From NCBI GenBank assembly GCA_963765205.1, contig CAVXVB010000005.1:416001-480000 (forward strand): a DNA stretch of 64,000 nt, given 5' to 3'. Of this stretch, positions 50,584 to 62,609 are shown in pieces (the stretch's first letter is position 1; every line of letters starts with the position of its first letter). The stretch is from an uncultured Verrucomicrobiae bacterium. GTDB taxonomy: Bacteria > Verrucomicrobiota > Verrucomicrobiia > Opitutales > JABDGR01. Position numbers and translations under genes: made by a program. Under the pieces are notes generated by a model that was not told the origin of the DNA, did no database searches, and saw nothing but the letters and a program-made list of their open reading frames with translations.

Positions 50584-51141
50584 ATGGTCAACGAGGATTT
50601 TACGCTCCTGCGCGATTGTCCTGCCACGCTCATCCCGGCCGGCGATGCGGTCGTGCTGCCCAAAGGCGCGACCGTCACTGTCTCCCAGGCCCTCGGCGGC
50701 GTGCTGACGGTGCGCGATGCCCTCGGCCTCTACCGCATCGGCCCCCGCGACCTCGAGGCCCTCGGCCCGCGCGCCAGCGCCTGGGCAGCCGGCGAGGCCA
50801 AGGAAGCCGCCGCCACGGCTCCGGGTGAATTTTCCGTCGAAAGCGTGTGGGACACCCTCCGGCAGTGCTTCGACCCGGAAATCCCCGTGAATATCGTGGA
50901 CTTGGGCTTGATTTACGACCTGCGCCTCGAACCCGGCGAAAATGGGGGCCAAATGGTTTTAGTGAAAATGACGCTGACCGCCGTGGGCTGCGGCATGGGC
51001 CCGGTCATCGCGGAAGATGCGCGGAGCCGCCTGGTGGCGCTGCCGGGTGTCGCCGGCGCGAAAGTGGACATCGTCTGGGACCCGCCCTGGACCCCGCACA
51101 TGATCTCCGCGGTGGGGCGGGAGAAACTGGGGTTGGAGTAA
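50584..51141 (+). CDS. sufT: Putative Fe-S cluster assembly protein SufT
   Basis: RDC.A.LIP.G N-domain; DPEIPVNIVDLGLIY, MTLTAVGCGMG, VWDPPW. Confidence 0.88.
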   Translation: MVNEDFTLLRDCPATLIPAGDAVVLPKGATVTVSQALGGVLTVRDALGLYRIGPRDLEALGPRASAWAAGEAKEAAATAPGEFSVESVWDTLRQCFDPEIPVNIVDLGLIYDLRLEPGENGGQMVLVKMTLTAVGCGMGPVIAEDARSRLVALPGVAGAKVDIVWDPPWTPHMISAVGREKLGLE

Positions 51142-51279
51142 AAGCTTCGTCGTAAGTGTCAGCCTCCCTCTGCCAACCCAATCTCTACTCAACTCATTAT
51201 GGCATTAAGGTGAAGCCTAGCCTTCTCTGGTTCCTCCTTCGTTGCTTGCTTATCTTCGTTTTTTTGACATAACAATACT

Positions 51280-52200
51280 ATGCCCGGCGTATTAGGATAT
51301 GGTTGGCACGAAGGAAATCGTGGCGAATATTTGGCGCAATATTTTTTGTCGAAATTAGGGGTATCTGCCCCCGTAATCCGGCAAGAAGATATCGGTGTCG
51401 ACTTTTATTGCGCATTGGCAAAAGAAGAAAATAAGAAGCTGATCTTCCACTCACCCTACGCTGTCCAGTCTGGGTCGGCAGAAGCAAAAGAATTTATCTA
51501 TGGCGATTTTACTGAAACAGGAAAATGGAGAAAAGAGGGAATCGAATGGCTATTTTCGCAAGAATTGCCTTTGTTTGTCTGCACAACCGAACGCGCAAAA
51601 GCCCGTTTCCGACTGTACTCTACAAGTGCGATGTGGTTGGTTCGGTATCAATTTGGCCATATAACGCAACTTATTCTTTGCCCTGATGAGTTCCATGACC
51701 CCTTAAATGAATCGCGCAGCAAAGACCCAATTGCCGCTGCGGGGTATGGCGACGGATTCAGTTATAGGATTCCGCTTGGTAATCCTGTAATTGACCTCGA
51801 CATTTTTGAACTAGAAACCGAAAAATCAGCGAAGGCCTGTGACGCCCTTACGCTGGCAATCCAAATCGAACAGACAAATATCACGTTTAGGCGACTCGGG
51901 ATTCATATCGCATCTTGGTTCCCCAATATAAGACCTAACGATCCAACTTCTCTCCGTAATCAGGGAGGCTCGATTTTTTGGAATTCAAATCCCGGACAAA
52001 ACATCGAAGCCCAGATTAATTCCCTTAAAAATATCTCCCTAACACTTGCACTCAATTTCGGAGCCCAAGGTCTCCATGAGCAAATTTCCCACTTAGCTCC
52101 CGTCTTCAAACTTTTCCCCAAACAGGAAATCCCAGAATGGATATTTTCCAAACTTCCTAAAGCTGTCCAGGAAGTTATTGGAACCACCTTAAGCGTTGCA
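51280..52200 (+). CDS. Low-GC hypothetical protein, possible PD-(D/E)XK/DUF4365-like N-terminus; true 3' end uncertain (ORF reads on to 52560)
   Basis: AT-rich ORF; EGNRGEYLA...RQEDIGVDFYC...VQ pattern. The tail beyond ~52200 overlaps kdgK out of frame. Confidence 0.55.
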
Positions 52201-52273
52201 AATACCCCCTCAGTTTTGGCTTCCTCATTCGGCTTTTTTCCCGTTTCCTTGCGTCTCCCCCTGTTCCCCCTCC

Positions 52274-53371
52274 ATGAGCCTCCCCATCAAACCCGCCTCC
52301 GATTGCACCTTCGACATGATCGCCCTGGGCGAAATCATGCTGCGCCTCGACCCCGGCGAGGGGCGCGTGCGCACCGCCCGCGAATTCAAGGTGTGGGAGG
52401 GCGGCGGCGAATACAACGTCGCGCGTGGCCTGCGGCGCTGTTTTGGACTGCGCACGGCGGTCGTCACCGCGTTCGCCGACAACGACGTGGGCCGACTGCT
52501 CGAAGACTTTATCCTGCAAGGCGGCGTGGACACGCGCTTCATCCGCTGGATTCCCTATGACGGGGTGGGGCGCACGGTGCGCAACGGGCTGAACTTCACC
52601 GAGCGCGGTTTCGGCCTGCGCGGTGCGGTGGGCATTCCCGACCGGGGGAATTCCGCCGCCTCGCAAATGAAGCCCGGCCAGGTTGATTGGGACAATATCT
52701 TCGGCAAGCTCGGCGTGCGCTGGCTGCACACAGGGGGCATTTTCGCCGCGCTGTCGGACACCACCCCCGCGCTGGTCGAGGAGGCCGTCCAGGCGGCGAA
52801 AAAGCACGGCGTCATCGTTTCCTATGATTTGAATTACCGGCCCTCGCTCTGGAAGGCCATCGGCGGCAAGGCCCGGGCGCAGGAGGTCAACCGCCGCATC
52901 GCGCGCTACGTGGACGTGATGATCGGCAACGAGGAGGACTTCACCGCCTGCCTCGGCCTCAAAGTCGAGGGCCTCGACGAGAAAATTTCGCACATCGAAA
53001 TTGACGCCTTCAAGGGCATGATTGAGAACGCGGTGAAGGAATTTCCGAATTTCAAGGTCGCCGCGACCACCCTGCGCACGGTCAAAAGCGCCACGCGCAA
53101 CGACTGGAGCGCCATTTGCTGGCACGACGGAAAGTTTTACGAATCCAACGCCTATCCCGACCTCGAAATCCTCGACCGCGTCGGAGGCGGCGACAGTTTC
53201 GCCTCGGGCCTGGTCTATGGATTCCTCAAGCACAACGACGCCGCCCAGGCCGTGCAATACGGCGCAGCCCACGGCGCGCTGGCGATGACCACCCCCGGCG
53301 ACACCTCGATGGCCTCGTTGGACGAGGTGGAAAAAGTCATCGGCGGCGGCGGCGCGCGGGTCGTGCGATAA
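52274..53371 (+). CDS. kdgK: PfkB sugar kinase, 2-keto-3-deoxygluconate kinase
   Basis: [45 protein letters not shown]. Confidence 0.87.
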   Translation: MSLPIKPASDCTFDMIALGEIMLRLDPGEGRVRTAREFKVWEGGGEYNVARGLRRCFGLRTAVVTAFADNDVGRLLEDFILQGGVDTRFIRWIPYDGVGRTVRNGLNFTERGFGLRGAVGIPDRGNSAASQMKPGQVDWDNIFGKLGVRWLHTGGIFAALSDTTPALVEEAVQAAKKHGVIVSYDLNYRPSLWKAIGGKARAQEVNRRIARYVDVMIGNEEDFTACLGLKVEGLDEKISHIEIDAFKGMIENAVKEFPNFKVAATTLRTVKSATRNDWSAICWHDGKFYESNAYPDLEILDRVGGGDSFASGLVYGFLKHNDAAQAVQYGAAHGALAMTTPGDTSMASLDEVEKVIGGGGARVVR

Positions 53372-53378
53372 ATTTTCT

Positions 53379-53453
53379 ACCACAAAAAACGCAGAAGACG
53401 CAAAAGACAAAATCTAATTGGGATTTTTTTGCGTCCTTTGCGTTTTTTGAGGT
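53379..53453. repeat. Palindromic 9-mer-period repeat (ACCACAAAA variant)
   Basis: accacaaaaaacgcagaagacgcaaaag ... ttttgcgtcctttgcgttttttgaggt. Confidence 0.65.
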
Positions 53454-53472
53454 AAACCCTTTCTCCTCTCTC

Positions 53473-54252
53473 ATGTCCTACCTCGAAACCCTCTTTTCCC
53501 TCGAAGGCAAAACGGCCGTCGTCATTGGCGGCACCGGCGAACTCTGCGGCGCGATGGCCGAAGGCCTCGCCGGCGCCGGCGCGACCGTCATCCTCGTCGG
53601 CCGCAATCCCGACAAGGCCGCCGCGCGCCTCGCCAAAATCCACCACGCGCACCACTCCCGCGCCTGGTTCGAGTCCGGCGACGTGAAGTCCAAGGACGCG
53701 TTGACGGATTTGCTCGACCGCATCCTGGCCAAGGCCGGCGGCGTGGACATCCTCATCAACGGCGCGGGCGTCAATTCGCCAACGCCGTTCCTCGAAATCA
53801 CCGAGGAGGAATACCAGCGCATCGTGGACACGAACATTAAGGCGGTGTTCCTGGCTTGCCAGGTATTTGGGCTGTATTTTTTGGAGAGCGGCCGCGCGGG
53901 CAGCATCATCAACATCGGCTCGATGGCGGCGATGAAGCCGCTCTCGCGCGTCTTCACGTATTCGGCGACGAAGGCGGCGGTGCATAATCTGTCCGGCAAC
54001 CTCGCGCGCGAATGGGCGGCGAAGGGCGTGCGCGTCAACACGCTGGTGCCCGGTTTTTTCCCCGCCGAGCAAAACCGCAAGGTACTCACGCCGGAGCGCG
54101 TCGCGCAAATCATGGGGCACACGCCGATGAAGCGCTTTGGCGAGGCGGCCGAGCTGGTCGGCGCCACGCTGCTGCTGGCCTCCGACGCCGGCCGCTTCAT
54201 CACCGGCATCGAGCTGTTGGTGGACGGCGGCTTTAACTGCATGGCGATCTGA
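53473..54252 (+). CDS. SDR oxidoreductase, D-mannonate/fructuronate oxidoreductase-like
   Basis: [31 protein letters not shown]; lies between kdgK and uxaC. Confidence 0.8.
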   Translation: MSYLETLFSLEGKTAVVIGGTGELCGAMAEGLAGAGATVILVGRNPDKAAARLAKIHHAHHSRAWFESGDVKSKDALTDLLDRILAKAGGVDILINGAGVNSPTPFLEITEEEYQRIVDTNIKAVFLACQVFGLYFLESGRAGSIINIGSMAAMKPLSRVFTYSATKAAVHNLSGNLAREWAAKGVRVNTLVPGFFPAEQNRKVLTPERVAQIMGHTPMKRFGEAAELVGATLLLASDAGRFITGIELLVDGGFNCMAI

Positions 54253-54375
54253 AACTGGAATTAAGAATTAGGAATTAAGAATTAAGAAGTAAAACAACAA
54301 TGTCCGCACGCCATTAGCCGGCCATTTTTTATTTTCACCTCGTTTCGTAATTCGAAATTTAATAAATTTATCTTT

Positions 54376-55788
54376 ATGAGCTTTTTGAACGACAACTTCC
54401 TCCTGCCCACCGAACTGGCGCGCACGCTTTACCACCAGGCCGCCGCGCCGGAACCGATTCTCGACTACCATTGCCACCTGCCGCCCAAGGACATCGCGCA
54501 AAACCGCCAGTTCAAGAACCTGTTCGAGGCCTGGCTCGAAGGCGACCACTACAAATGGCGCGCGATGCGGACGAACGGCGTCCCCGAGGATAACATCACC
54601 GGCCCGCTCGACCCCTGGGAGAAGTTTTTGTGCTGGGCCAAAACCGTGCCGCACACGCTGCGCAACCCGCTCTATCACTGGACGCATCTCGAATTGCGCC
54701 GCTATTTCGGCATTGAGACCCTCCTTAACGAACACAGCGCGCGCCGCATCTGGGACGAGGCCAACGAAAAACTCCAGACGCCGGAACTTTCGACGCAGGG
54801 CATCCTGCAAAAATTCAAGGTCGCCGCCGTTTGCACCACGGACGACCCGGTGGACTCGCTCGAATATCATCACGCCCTCGTGGATCAGAACATCGCCACG
54901 CGCATGTTCCCCGCGTATCGGCCCGACAAGGCTTTCGCGGTGGACAATCCCTCCGCTTTCAACGCCTGGATTGCGAAGCTCGAACAGGCCAGCGGGCTGG
55001 ATTGCGCGAAATTCGACGGCTTCCTCGCCGCGCTCGACCACCGCCATGCCTTCTTTCACAGCTTCGGCTGCCGCCTCTCCGACCACGGCCTTGAAGCGAT
55101 GTTTGCCGGCCCGTGTTCGGATATCCAGGCCGCGATGATTTACGATTCCGCGCGCGCCGGCCGCCCCGCGCCGCCCGCGCACGCCCAGGCCTTCGGCTTT
55201 TGCCTGATGCTGCATTTGGGCCGGCTCGACCACCAGCGCGGCTGGACCAAGCAGCTCCACCTCGGCGCCATCCGCAACAACAACCTCTACTTGATGGACC
55301 GGCTCGGCCCCGACACCGGCAGCGATTCTATCGGCGATTTCCCGCAGGCCCGCACCCTCTCCGCCTACCTCGGCGCGCTCGCCAAGGAGGAGCGCCTGCC
55401 GAAAACCATCCTCTACAACGTCAACCCCGCTGACAACTACGTCTTCGCCTCGATGATCGCCAATTTCCAGGGCGGCGGCATCCCCGGCAAATTGCAGTTC
55501 GGCTCGGGCTGGTGGTTCCTCGACCAGATTGAGGGCATGAGGTGGCAGCTCAACGCGCTGTCGAATAACGGCCTGCTCTCGCGCTTCGTCGGCATGTTGA
55601 CGGACTCGCGCTCGTTCCTCTCCTATCCGCGCCACGAATATTTCCGCCGCTTGCTTTGTGGGATGCTCGCGGAAGATGTCGCCGACGGCGCGGCGCCGCA
55701 CGACCTCGATTTGCTCTCGAATTTGGTGCGCGACGTTTGCTTCCGCAACGCGCGCAATTATTTCGGCCTCGCGCTGCCGCCCGAATAA
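54376..55788 (+). CDS. uxaC: Glucuronate (uronate) isomerase
   Basis: [62 protein letters not shown]. Confidence 0.96.
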   Translation: MSFLNDNFLLPTELARTLYHQAAAPEPILDYHCHLPPKDIAQNRQFKNLFEAWLEGDHYKWRAMRTNGVPEDNITGPLDPWEKFLCWAKTVPHTLRNPLYHWTHLELRRYFGIETLLNEHSARRIWDEANEKLQTPELSTQGILQKFKVAAVCTTDDPVDSLEYHHALVDQNIATRMFPAYRPDKAFAVDNPSAFNAWIAKLEQASGLDCAKFDGFLAALDHRHAFFHSFGCRLSDHGLEAMFAGPCSDIQAAMIYDSARAGRPAPPAHAQAFGFCLMLHLGRLDHQRGWTKQLHLGAIRNNNLYLMDRLGPDTGSDSIGDFPQARTLSAYLGALAKEERLPKTILYNVNPADNYVFASMIANFQGGGIPGKLQFGSGWWFLDQIEGMRWQLNALSNNGLLSRFVGMLTDSRSFLSYPRHEYFRRLLCGMLAEDVADGAAPHDLDLLSNLVRDVCFRNARNYFGLALPPE

Positions 55789-55810
55789 GCGCGCCGCACT
55801 GCTTCCCGCC

Positions 55811-57118
<1,308 letters not shown>

Positions 57119-57126
57119 GAAGGATT

Positions 57127-57203
57127 TTGAACCACGGAGAACCCGGAGAACACAGAGGATTTATATCCCCCTCTCCGTGCTCTCCGGGTCCTCTGTGGTT
57201 CAA
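57127..57203. repeat. Palindromic 9-mer-period repeat (ACCACGGA family)
   Basis: ttgaaccacggagaacccggagaacacagagg ... ctctccgtgctctccgggtcctctgtggttcaa. Confidence 0.75.
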
Positions 57204-57211
57204 TTTTATTT

Positions 57212-58753
57212 ATGTCATACTTGATCGGCCTCGACGTGGGCACCTCCTCGGCCAAAACCGTGCTGATGGACGAACGCGGGCGCGTGGTTTTTACTACCGC
57301 GCCGGCCTACTCCTTTCGCACGCCAAAACCTCTCTGGGCCGAGTCCGACCCCGCCGATTGGTGGGCCGCCGCCGTCACCGCGCTGCGCGAGCTGTTCGCC
57401 CGCTCCGGCGTCGCGCCGGGCGACATCGCGGGCGTGGGCCTGACGGGCCAGATGCACGGCCTCGTGCTGCTCGACGCGCGCGGCGAGGTTTTGCGCCCCT
57501 GCATCATGTGGAACGACCAGCGCACCGCCGCGCAATGCGCCGCGCTCACCAAAAAAATCGGCCGCGCACGCATCCTGCGCCTGACGGGCAACCCCGTGCT
57601 GCCCGGCTTCACCGCGCCAAAAATCGCCTGGGTCGCCGAGCACGAGCCGCAGGTCTTCCGCCGCATCGCCAAAATCCTCCTGCCGAAAGATTACCTGCGC
57701 TACAAACTCTCCGGCGAATTTTTCACCGACGTATCCGACGCCTCCGGCACCTCCCTGCTCGATGTGGCGAAGCGCCGCTGGTCGGACGAGATGTTGCGCG
57801 CCTGCCGCGTCCCGCGTGCCTGGCTCGCGGAAGTCACCGAGTCGCCCGTCGCGTCCGCCAAAGTTTCCGCCGCGGCGGCGAAGGCGACTGGCCTGCGCGC
57901 AGGCACGCCCATCATCGCGGGCGCGGGCGACCAGGCCGCCGGCGCGGTCGGCTGCGGCATTGTGCGGCCCGGCGTCGTCTCCTGCACGCTCGGCACCTCG
58001 GGCGTTGTCTTCGCGCACGCGGATAAATATGCCCCCGATCCGCAGGGCCGCCTGCACGCGTTCTGCCACGCCGTGCCCGGCAAGTGGCATCTAATGGGCG
58101 TGCAGCTTTCCAGCGCCGGCTCGTTCCAGTGGTTCAAAAATAATTTTGGCGGCGAAGAAATCGCTCGCGAACAAGCCGGTGGCCCCAACGCCTACGATTC
58201 GCTCACTGCCGCCGCGGCCACGGTCCCCGCCGGCTGCGAGGGCTTGATTTTCCTGCCTTATCTTTCCGGCGAGCGCACCCCGCACCCCGACCCCAACGCA
58301 CGCGGCGTTTTCTTTGGTCTCACGCTGCGGCATGGCAAGGCGCATCTGGCGCGCGCGGTGTTGGAGGGCGTCACTTACGGCCTGCGCGACGCGCTCGAAT
58401 TGATGCGCGGACTGGGCCTCAAGCCCCGGGAAATCGTCGCTTCGGGCGGCGGCGCGCGCAGCGCGTTCTGGCGGCAAATGCTGGCGGACAATTTCGGTGC
58501 GCCCATCGTGACGGTGAGCGCGGCGGAAGGCTCGGCTTACGGCGCGGCGCTGCTCGCCGGCGTCGGCGCAGGCGTCTGGCCCACCGTCGAGGCCGCCTGC
58601 ACCGCCTGTGTGACGGAAACCAGCCGCGTCCAGCCCCAGCGCGCCGCCGCTGCGGTTTACCGCGATTATTATTCGCATTTCCGCGCGTTGTATCCGATGC
58701 TCAAAGGCGAATTCGCCGCCCTGGCCGCCACGGTGGCGCAGCACCATGGTTGA
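57212..58753 (+). CDS. xylB: Xylulokinase
   Basis: GLDVGTSSAK, TGQMHG, WNDQR, GAGDQAAGA, PYLSGERTP; follows xylA. Confidence 0.94.
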   Translation: MSYLIGLDVGTSSAKTVLMDERGRVVFTTAPAYSFRTPKPLWAESDPADWWAAAVTALRELFARSGVAPGDIAGVGLTGQMHGLVLLDARGEVLRPCIMWNDQRTAAQCAALTKKIGRARILRLTGNPVLPGFTAPKIAWVAEHEPQVFRRIAKILLPKDYLRYKLSGEFFTDVSDASGTSLLDVAKRRWSDEMLRACRVPRAWLAEVTESPVASAKVSAAAAKATGLRAGTPIIAGAGDQAAGAVGCGIVRPGVVSCTLGTSGVVFAHADKYAPDPQGRLHAFCHAVPGKWHLMGVQLSSAGSFQWFKNNFGGEEIAREQAGGPNAYDSLTAAAATVPAGCEGLIFLPYLSGERTPHPDPNARGVFFGLTLRHGKAHLARAVLEGVTYGLRDALELMRGLGLKPREIVASGGGARSAFWRQMLADNFGAPIVTVSAAEGSAYGAALLAGVGAGVWPTVEAACTACVTETSRVQPQRAAAAVYRDYYSHFRALYPMLKGEFAALAATVAQHHG

Positions 58754-60197
58754 GACCTCCGCAAAATTTTCCGCCGCCACGCGCGCACTCGTGCGTGCGC
58801 TCGGTGCCGCGCAAGTGCGCACGGACGAGGCCGTGCGCCGCACCGCGTCGCTCGACAATCTGCGGGTGTCCTTCCTCCCCGCGGCAGTCATTTTTCCGAA
58901 AAACGACGCGGCCATCGCCACTGTGCTGCGTCTCGCCAATCAACACCGCGTTCCAGTGACGCCCCGCGGCGCGGGCAGCTCGACGACCGGCTCGGCCTGC
59001 CCGGTGCGCGGCGGCTGGGTGCTCGATTTGTCGCGCTGGAATAAAATCGAGATTGACCCGCTGGCGGGCCTCGCGCACGCCGGGGCCGGCGCAGTCACCG
59101 CCGCGATTGACGCCGCCGCCGCGAAGCACGGGCTGTTTTACCCGCCGGACCCGTCGTCGCTGCATTATTGCACCATCGGCGGCAACCTCTCGCTGAACGC
59201 CGGCGGGCTGCGCGGCGCGAAATACGGCGTGACGCGCGACTACGTCCTCGCGCTCGAAGGCTTTTTGCCGACGGGCGAAAAAGTGCGTTGGGGCGCGCCG
59301 CTGCGCAAATTCGCCTCGGGCTATAACCTGCGCGACCTGTGGATTGGCGGCGGCGGCACGCTCGGCGTCATCACCGGCGCGACGCTCCGGCTCGTCCCGC
59401 GCCCCGCCGCGCGGCACACGCTGCTCGCCGCGTTTGCGAACGAAAGCGCCGCCCTGCGCGCGGTGCTGGCCATCATGCGCGCGCGGCTCGTGCCCTCGAT
59501 TTGCGAATTTCTGGACCGGCCCACGGTCGTCTGCACCGAGCGCAAATGGGGCCGCCCGGTCTTCCCGCAGGCCCCCGGCGCGGCGCTGCTGCTGCTCGAA
59601 GTGGACGGCTCAGCCGCGGAAGTCGCCGCGCAGAAAAAGGCCCTGGCCCGACTTTTGCGAAAATCCGGCGCGCTGGCCCTGCGCGACACCGGCGACCCGG
59701 CCGCGGCGGAAAAACTCTGGCAAGTGCGCCGCACCTGCTCGCAGGCGATGTTCCAGATGGGCGACGCGAAACTTAACGAGGATGTCGTTGTGCCGCCGCG
59801 CGCCTATATCCCGCTGCTGACTTATGCCCGCGCGCTCAGCCGCGCCACCGGCCTGGCCACGCCGACTTACGGGCACGCAATGGACGGCAATTTCCACGTC
59901 CACCTCATGTATCATCGCAGCGACCCACGCGAATGCCGCCGGGCGGAACGGGGCGTGGCCGAGCTGATGAAAAAAGTCCGCGCCCTCGGCGGCGCCATCA
60001 CCGGCGAGCACGGCATCGGCCTGGCCAAATCGCCCTTCCTGCGCCTGCAACACGCCCCCGCGGAAATCCAGGCGATGCGGGCCATCAAAAAAGCCCTCGA
60101 CCCGCGCAACATCCTCCACCCCGGCCAGATTTTTGACCCTGTCTCCGTCTGGCAGTTTCCGCATGTCAAAGTGAAGTTGCCGTGGGATAAGGACTAG
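58746..60197 (+). CDS. FAD-linked oxidase, GlcD/D-lactate dehydrogenase family
   Basis: PRGAGS, YPPDPSS, GGN...NAGG..KYGVT, GHAMDGNFH, GEHGIG. Confidence 0.87.
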   Translation: MVETSAKFSAATRALVRALGAAQVRTDEAVRRTASLDNLRVSFLPAAVIFPKNDAAIATVLRLANQHRVPVTPRGAGSSTTGSACPVRGGWVLDLSRWNKIEIDPLAGLAHAGAGAVTAAIDAAAAKHGLFYPPDPSSLHYCTIGGNLSLNAGGLRGAKYGVTRDYVLALEGFLPTGEKVRWGAPLRKFASGYNLRDLWIGGGGTLGVITGATLRLVPRPAARHTLLAAFANESAALRAVLAIMRARLVPSICEFLDRPTVVCTERKWGRPVFPQAPGAALLLLEVDGSAAEVAAQKKALARLLRKSGALALRDTGDPAAAEKLWQVRRTCSQAMFQMGDAKLNEDVVVPPRAYIPLLTYARALSRATGLATPTYGHAMDGNFHVHLMYHRSDPRECRRAERGVAELMKKVRALGGAITGEHGIGLAKSPFLRLQHAPAEIQAMRAIKKALDPRNILHPGQIFDPVSVWQFPHVKVKLPWDKD

Positions 60198-60299
60198 CAG
60201 AGGGACAAAGGGACAGAGGCACTAAGGCACTGAGGGCCGAAGTTTGGGTCACTTGTTGGTTTTGCGGTTTGGGCGGCGTCTCTATTATAAACACCCGCC

Positions 60300-61562
60300 A
60301 TGGATGACCACGAACTGCTGCGAGAATACGTCGAGCGCCAGTCGGAGCCAGCCTTCGCCGAACTGGTGGCGCGGCATGTGGATTTTGTCTATGCCACGGC
60401 CTGGCGCGTCATGGGCGATTCGGCGGCGGCGCAGGACGTGGCGCAGGCCGTATTCATTCATCTGGCGCGCAAGGCCTGGACGGTGCGCGACGGCCGCGCG
60501 CTCGTCGGCTGGCTCTACCGCGCGACGTATCGCACCGCGCTCGACACCCGGCGCGGCGAACAACGCCGCCGCCAGCGGGAGACCGACGCCATGATCCTGA
60601 CCGAACAAAACTCCACTTCGCCCGCCGCGTGGGAAAAGCTCGCGCCGCTGCTCGACGAGGCGCTGCAACAGCTCAGTCGCGCCGAGCAAAACGCCGTGCT
60701 GCTGCGCTATTTCGAGGGCAAGACCCTGCGCGAAACGGGCGCGGCCCTCGGCACGACCGAAGACGCCGCGCAAATGCGCGTCAGCCGCGCGCTCGATAAA
60801 ATGCGCACCCACTTCGCGCGCCACGGCATCACCGTCGCGACCGGCGCGTTGGCCGTGGCCCTCTCGGCGAACACCGCCAAGGCCGCGCCCGCCGGGCTGA
60901 CCACGCGCGTGACCGGGACTTCCCTGGCCGGCGCAAGTGGCGCAGGATTGGGCGGAGCAATGTTGAGAATTCTTTTTATGAGCACCAAAACTAAAACAAT
61001 CCTCGCCGTCGTCATTGTCTTGGCTGTTGTCATCGGCTTAAAATTCACCCTGTGGCAACCGGCGGAATCAACCACTTCCGTCAAGACGGCTACCAACCTT
61101 ACCGCGAGCAGCGCACCACCTGCCGCCGCGTTGCCGACCGCCAGACCTCCCGCCATCCTGCCCCCCACCACGCCTCCAGCCCCGGCGAGAAACGTGGCCA
61201 GTTCAACCGCGGTGGTAGCCAACCCGCCGGTCAACGAGCAGGTCAATATTGATGAGGCCACCGTCTTCGTAACGCAGTCAATTCAGACGCCTTTGCTGTC
61301 CTACAAGCTGGCGATGGGGCACTACCCCTCGACGGAAGATGGCTTGGACGCGCTCGTGGATGTCCCGATCCACGATAACGCCGCGAGCTGGAAAGGTCCC
61401 TATTTCAATACCACCGTTGTGCCGCTGGATCCCTGGGGCCACCCATATGAATACGCCTTTCCATCAATTCACGGCCAAGTCGATGGCAGATACGATGTCT
61501 GGTCCGACGGCCCGGACGGCATCAACGGCTCCGCCGACAACATCGGCAATTGGGAGAAATAA
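60300..61562 (+). CDS. ECF sigma-70 factor with TM anchor and C-terminal GspG (T2SS major pseudopilin) head domain
   Basis: Sigma2 (AFAELVARH, AQDVAQAVF, GWLY) and sigma4 (LRYFEGK, MRVSRALDK); TM helix; P/T linker; YKLAMGHYPSTEDGLDALV..WKGPY..DPWGHPYEY..YDVWSDGPDG..DNIGNW. Confidence 0.87.
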   Translation: MDDHELLREYVERQSEPAFAELVARHVDFVYATAWRVMGDSAAAQDVAQAVFIHLARKAWTVRDGRALVGWLYRATYRTALDTRRGEQRRRQRETDAMILTEQNSTSPAAWEKLAPLLDEALQQLSRAEQNAVLLRYFEGKTLRETGAALGTTEDAAQMRVSRALDKMRTHFARHGITVATGALAVALSANTAKAAPAGLTTRVTGTSLAGASGAGLGGAMLRILFMSTKTKTILAVVIVLAVVIGLKFTLWQPAESTTSVKTATNLTASSAPPAAALPTARPPAILPPTTPPAPARNVASSTAVVANPPVNEQVNIDEATVFVTQSIQTPLLSYKLAMGHYPSTEDGLDALVDVPIHDNAASWKGPYFNTTVVPLDPWGHPYEYAFPSIHGQVDGRYDVWSDGPDGINGSADNIGNWEK

Positions 61563-61594
61563 CAGGCCGATAGTCGCAATCGGCGCGTTTCTTC

Positions 61595-61750
61595 CGTCCC
61601 GGGGAGCGCGACCGTCCCGGTCGCTGCGGTCGGCGTCTCGCCGACCGCTTCTTGGCCAACGCGGCGGTGTAGCGCATTCCCCGCTTTCTCAAAGATGTCC
61701 TCGGCGAGACGCCGAGGACGGCGGGCGGGACGCCCGCGCTCCCCGGGACG
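61595..61750. repeat. REP-like composite inverted repeat
   Basis: Perfect 16-bp arms CGTCCCGGGGAGCGCG / CGCGCTCCCCGGGACG; inner complementary pair TCGGCGTCTCGCCGA / TCGGCGAGACGCCGA. Confidence 0.75.
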
Positions 61751-61820
61751 ATAACGCTGCTTCTAAAAGCCCCAAAAAATTCAGCGTTGGTATCAGAACC
61801 AAATGGCCCCGCCCCATTCC

Positions 61821-62528
61821 TCACGCTTCCGGCCCGGTTTGCGCTTCTTCCCAGAGCAGGAATTGGTATTCGCGGCGGCCAATCCAGAGGATAAAGAAAA
61901 ACAGGGCGGCAAGCAGATACGCCTTGAGTAGGAGCGCGACAACGATGCCCGCGACGGCGACGCAGCGGCCGATGTTGAGCGCCCAGCGCGTGGCGCGCAG
62001 GTAATCGAGCTTGAAGGCCAGCAGCGCGCGCAGGATGCGCCCACCGTCCATCGGGAACGCCGGCAGCAAATTAAAACAGCCGAGCACGAGATTGGAAACC
62101 AGCAGGAATTCCAGAATGTCGTGCCAATGCGTAGTCGGCAGCGTGTCGTCCGACAAGTCCGCCGGCCAGCCGCCGAGCAGGGCGAGGCTGAGGCCCGCGA
62201 TAATGAAATTCACCGCCGGGCCGGCGGCGACGATGAGCAATTCCTCGCGCGGGCTTCGCGGTAGTCGGCCCAACAGCGCCATGCCGCCAAAGGGCAGCAG
62301 CACGATGTGCTGCACAGCAACACCCAGCTTGCGCGCGGTCAGCGCGTGGCCGAATTCGTGCAGCACGACGCAGGTGTAAACCAGCGCGACCGCGCCGAGG
62401 CTCTGGAACAAGCCGCGCCAGGGGTGGTGCGGCTCGTCCATCCAGCCCTGCGCGCCGACCACCAGCGGCAGCAGGTAGAACGTCGGGTGCAGCTCGAGGG
62501 TGATGCCACGAAAGCGGAATAACTTCAT
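61821..62528 (-). CDS. Site-2 protease (peptidase M50)
   Basis: HEFGH zinc motif, LLPFGG, AGPAVN, FNLLPAFPMDGGR; 3' part of ORF 61821..63908. Confidence 0.9.
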   Translation of the reverse strand: MKLFRFRGITLELHPTFYLLPLVVGAQGWMDEPHHPWRGLFQSLGAVALVYTCVVLHEFGHALTARKLGVAVQHIVLLPFGGMALLGRLPRSPREELLIVAAGPAVNFIIAGLSLALLGGWPADLSDDTLPTTHWHDILEFLLVSNLVLGCFNLLPAFPMDGGRILRALLAFKLDYLRATRWALNIGRCVAVAGIVVALLLKAYLLAALFFFILWIGRREYQFLLWEEAQTGPEA

Positions 62529-62609
62529 TGACCCGAAGGGCATGAGGATGAATGTTGTTGGGTTCGGAAGGCCGCGAACGCGCCGCCTCCGCCAAGTTGA
62601 ATTCCCATC

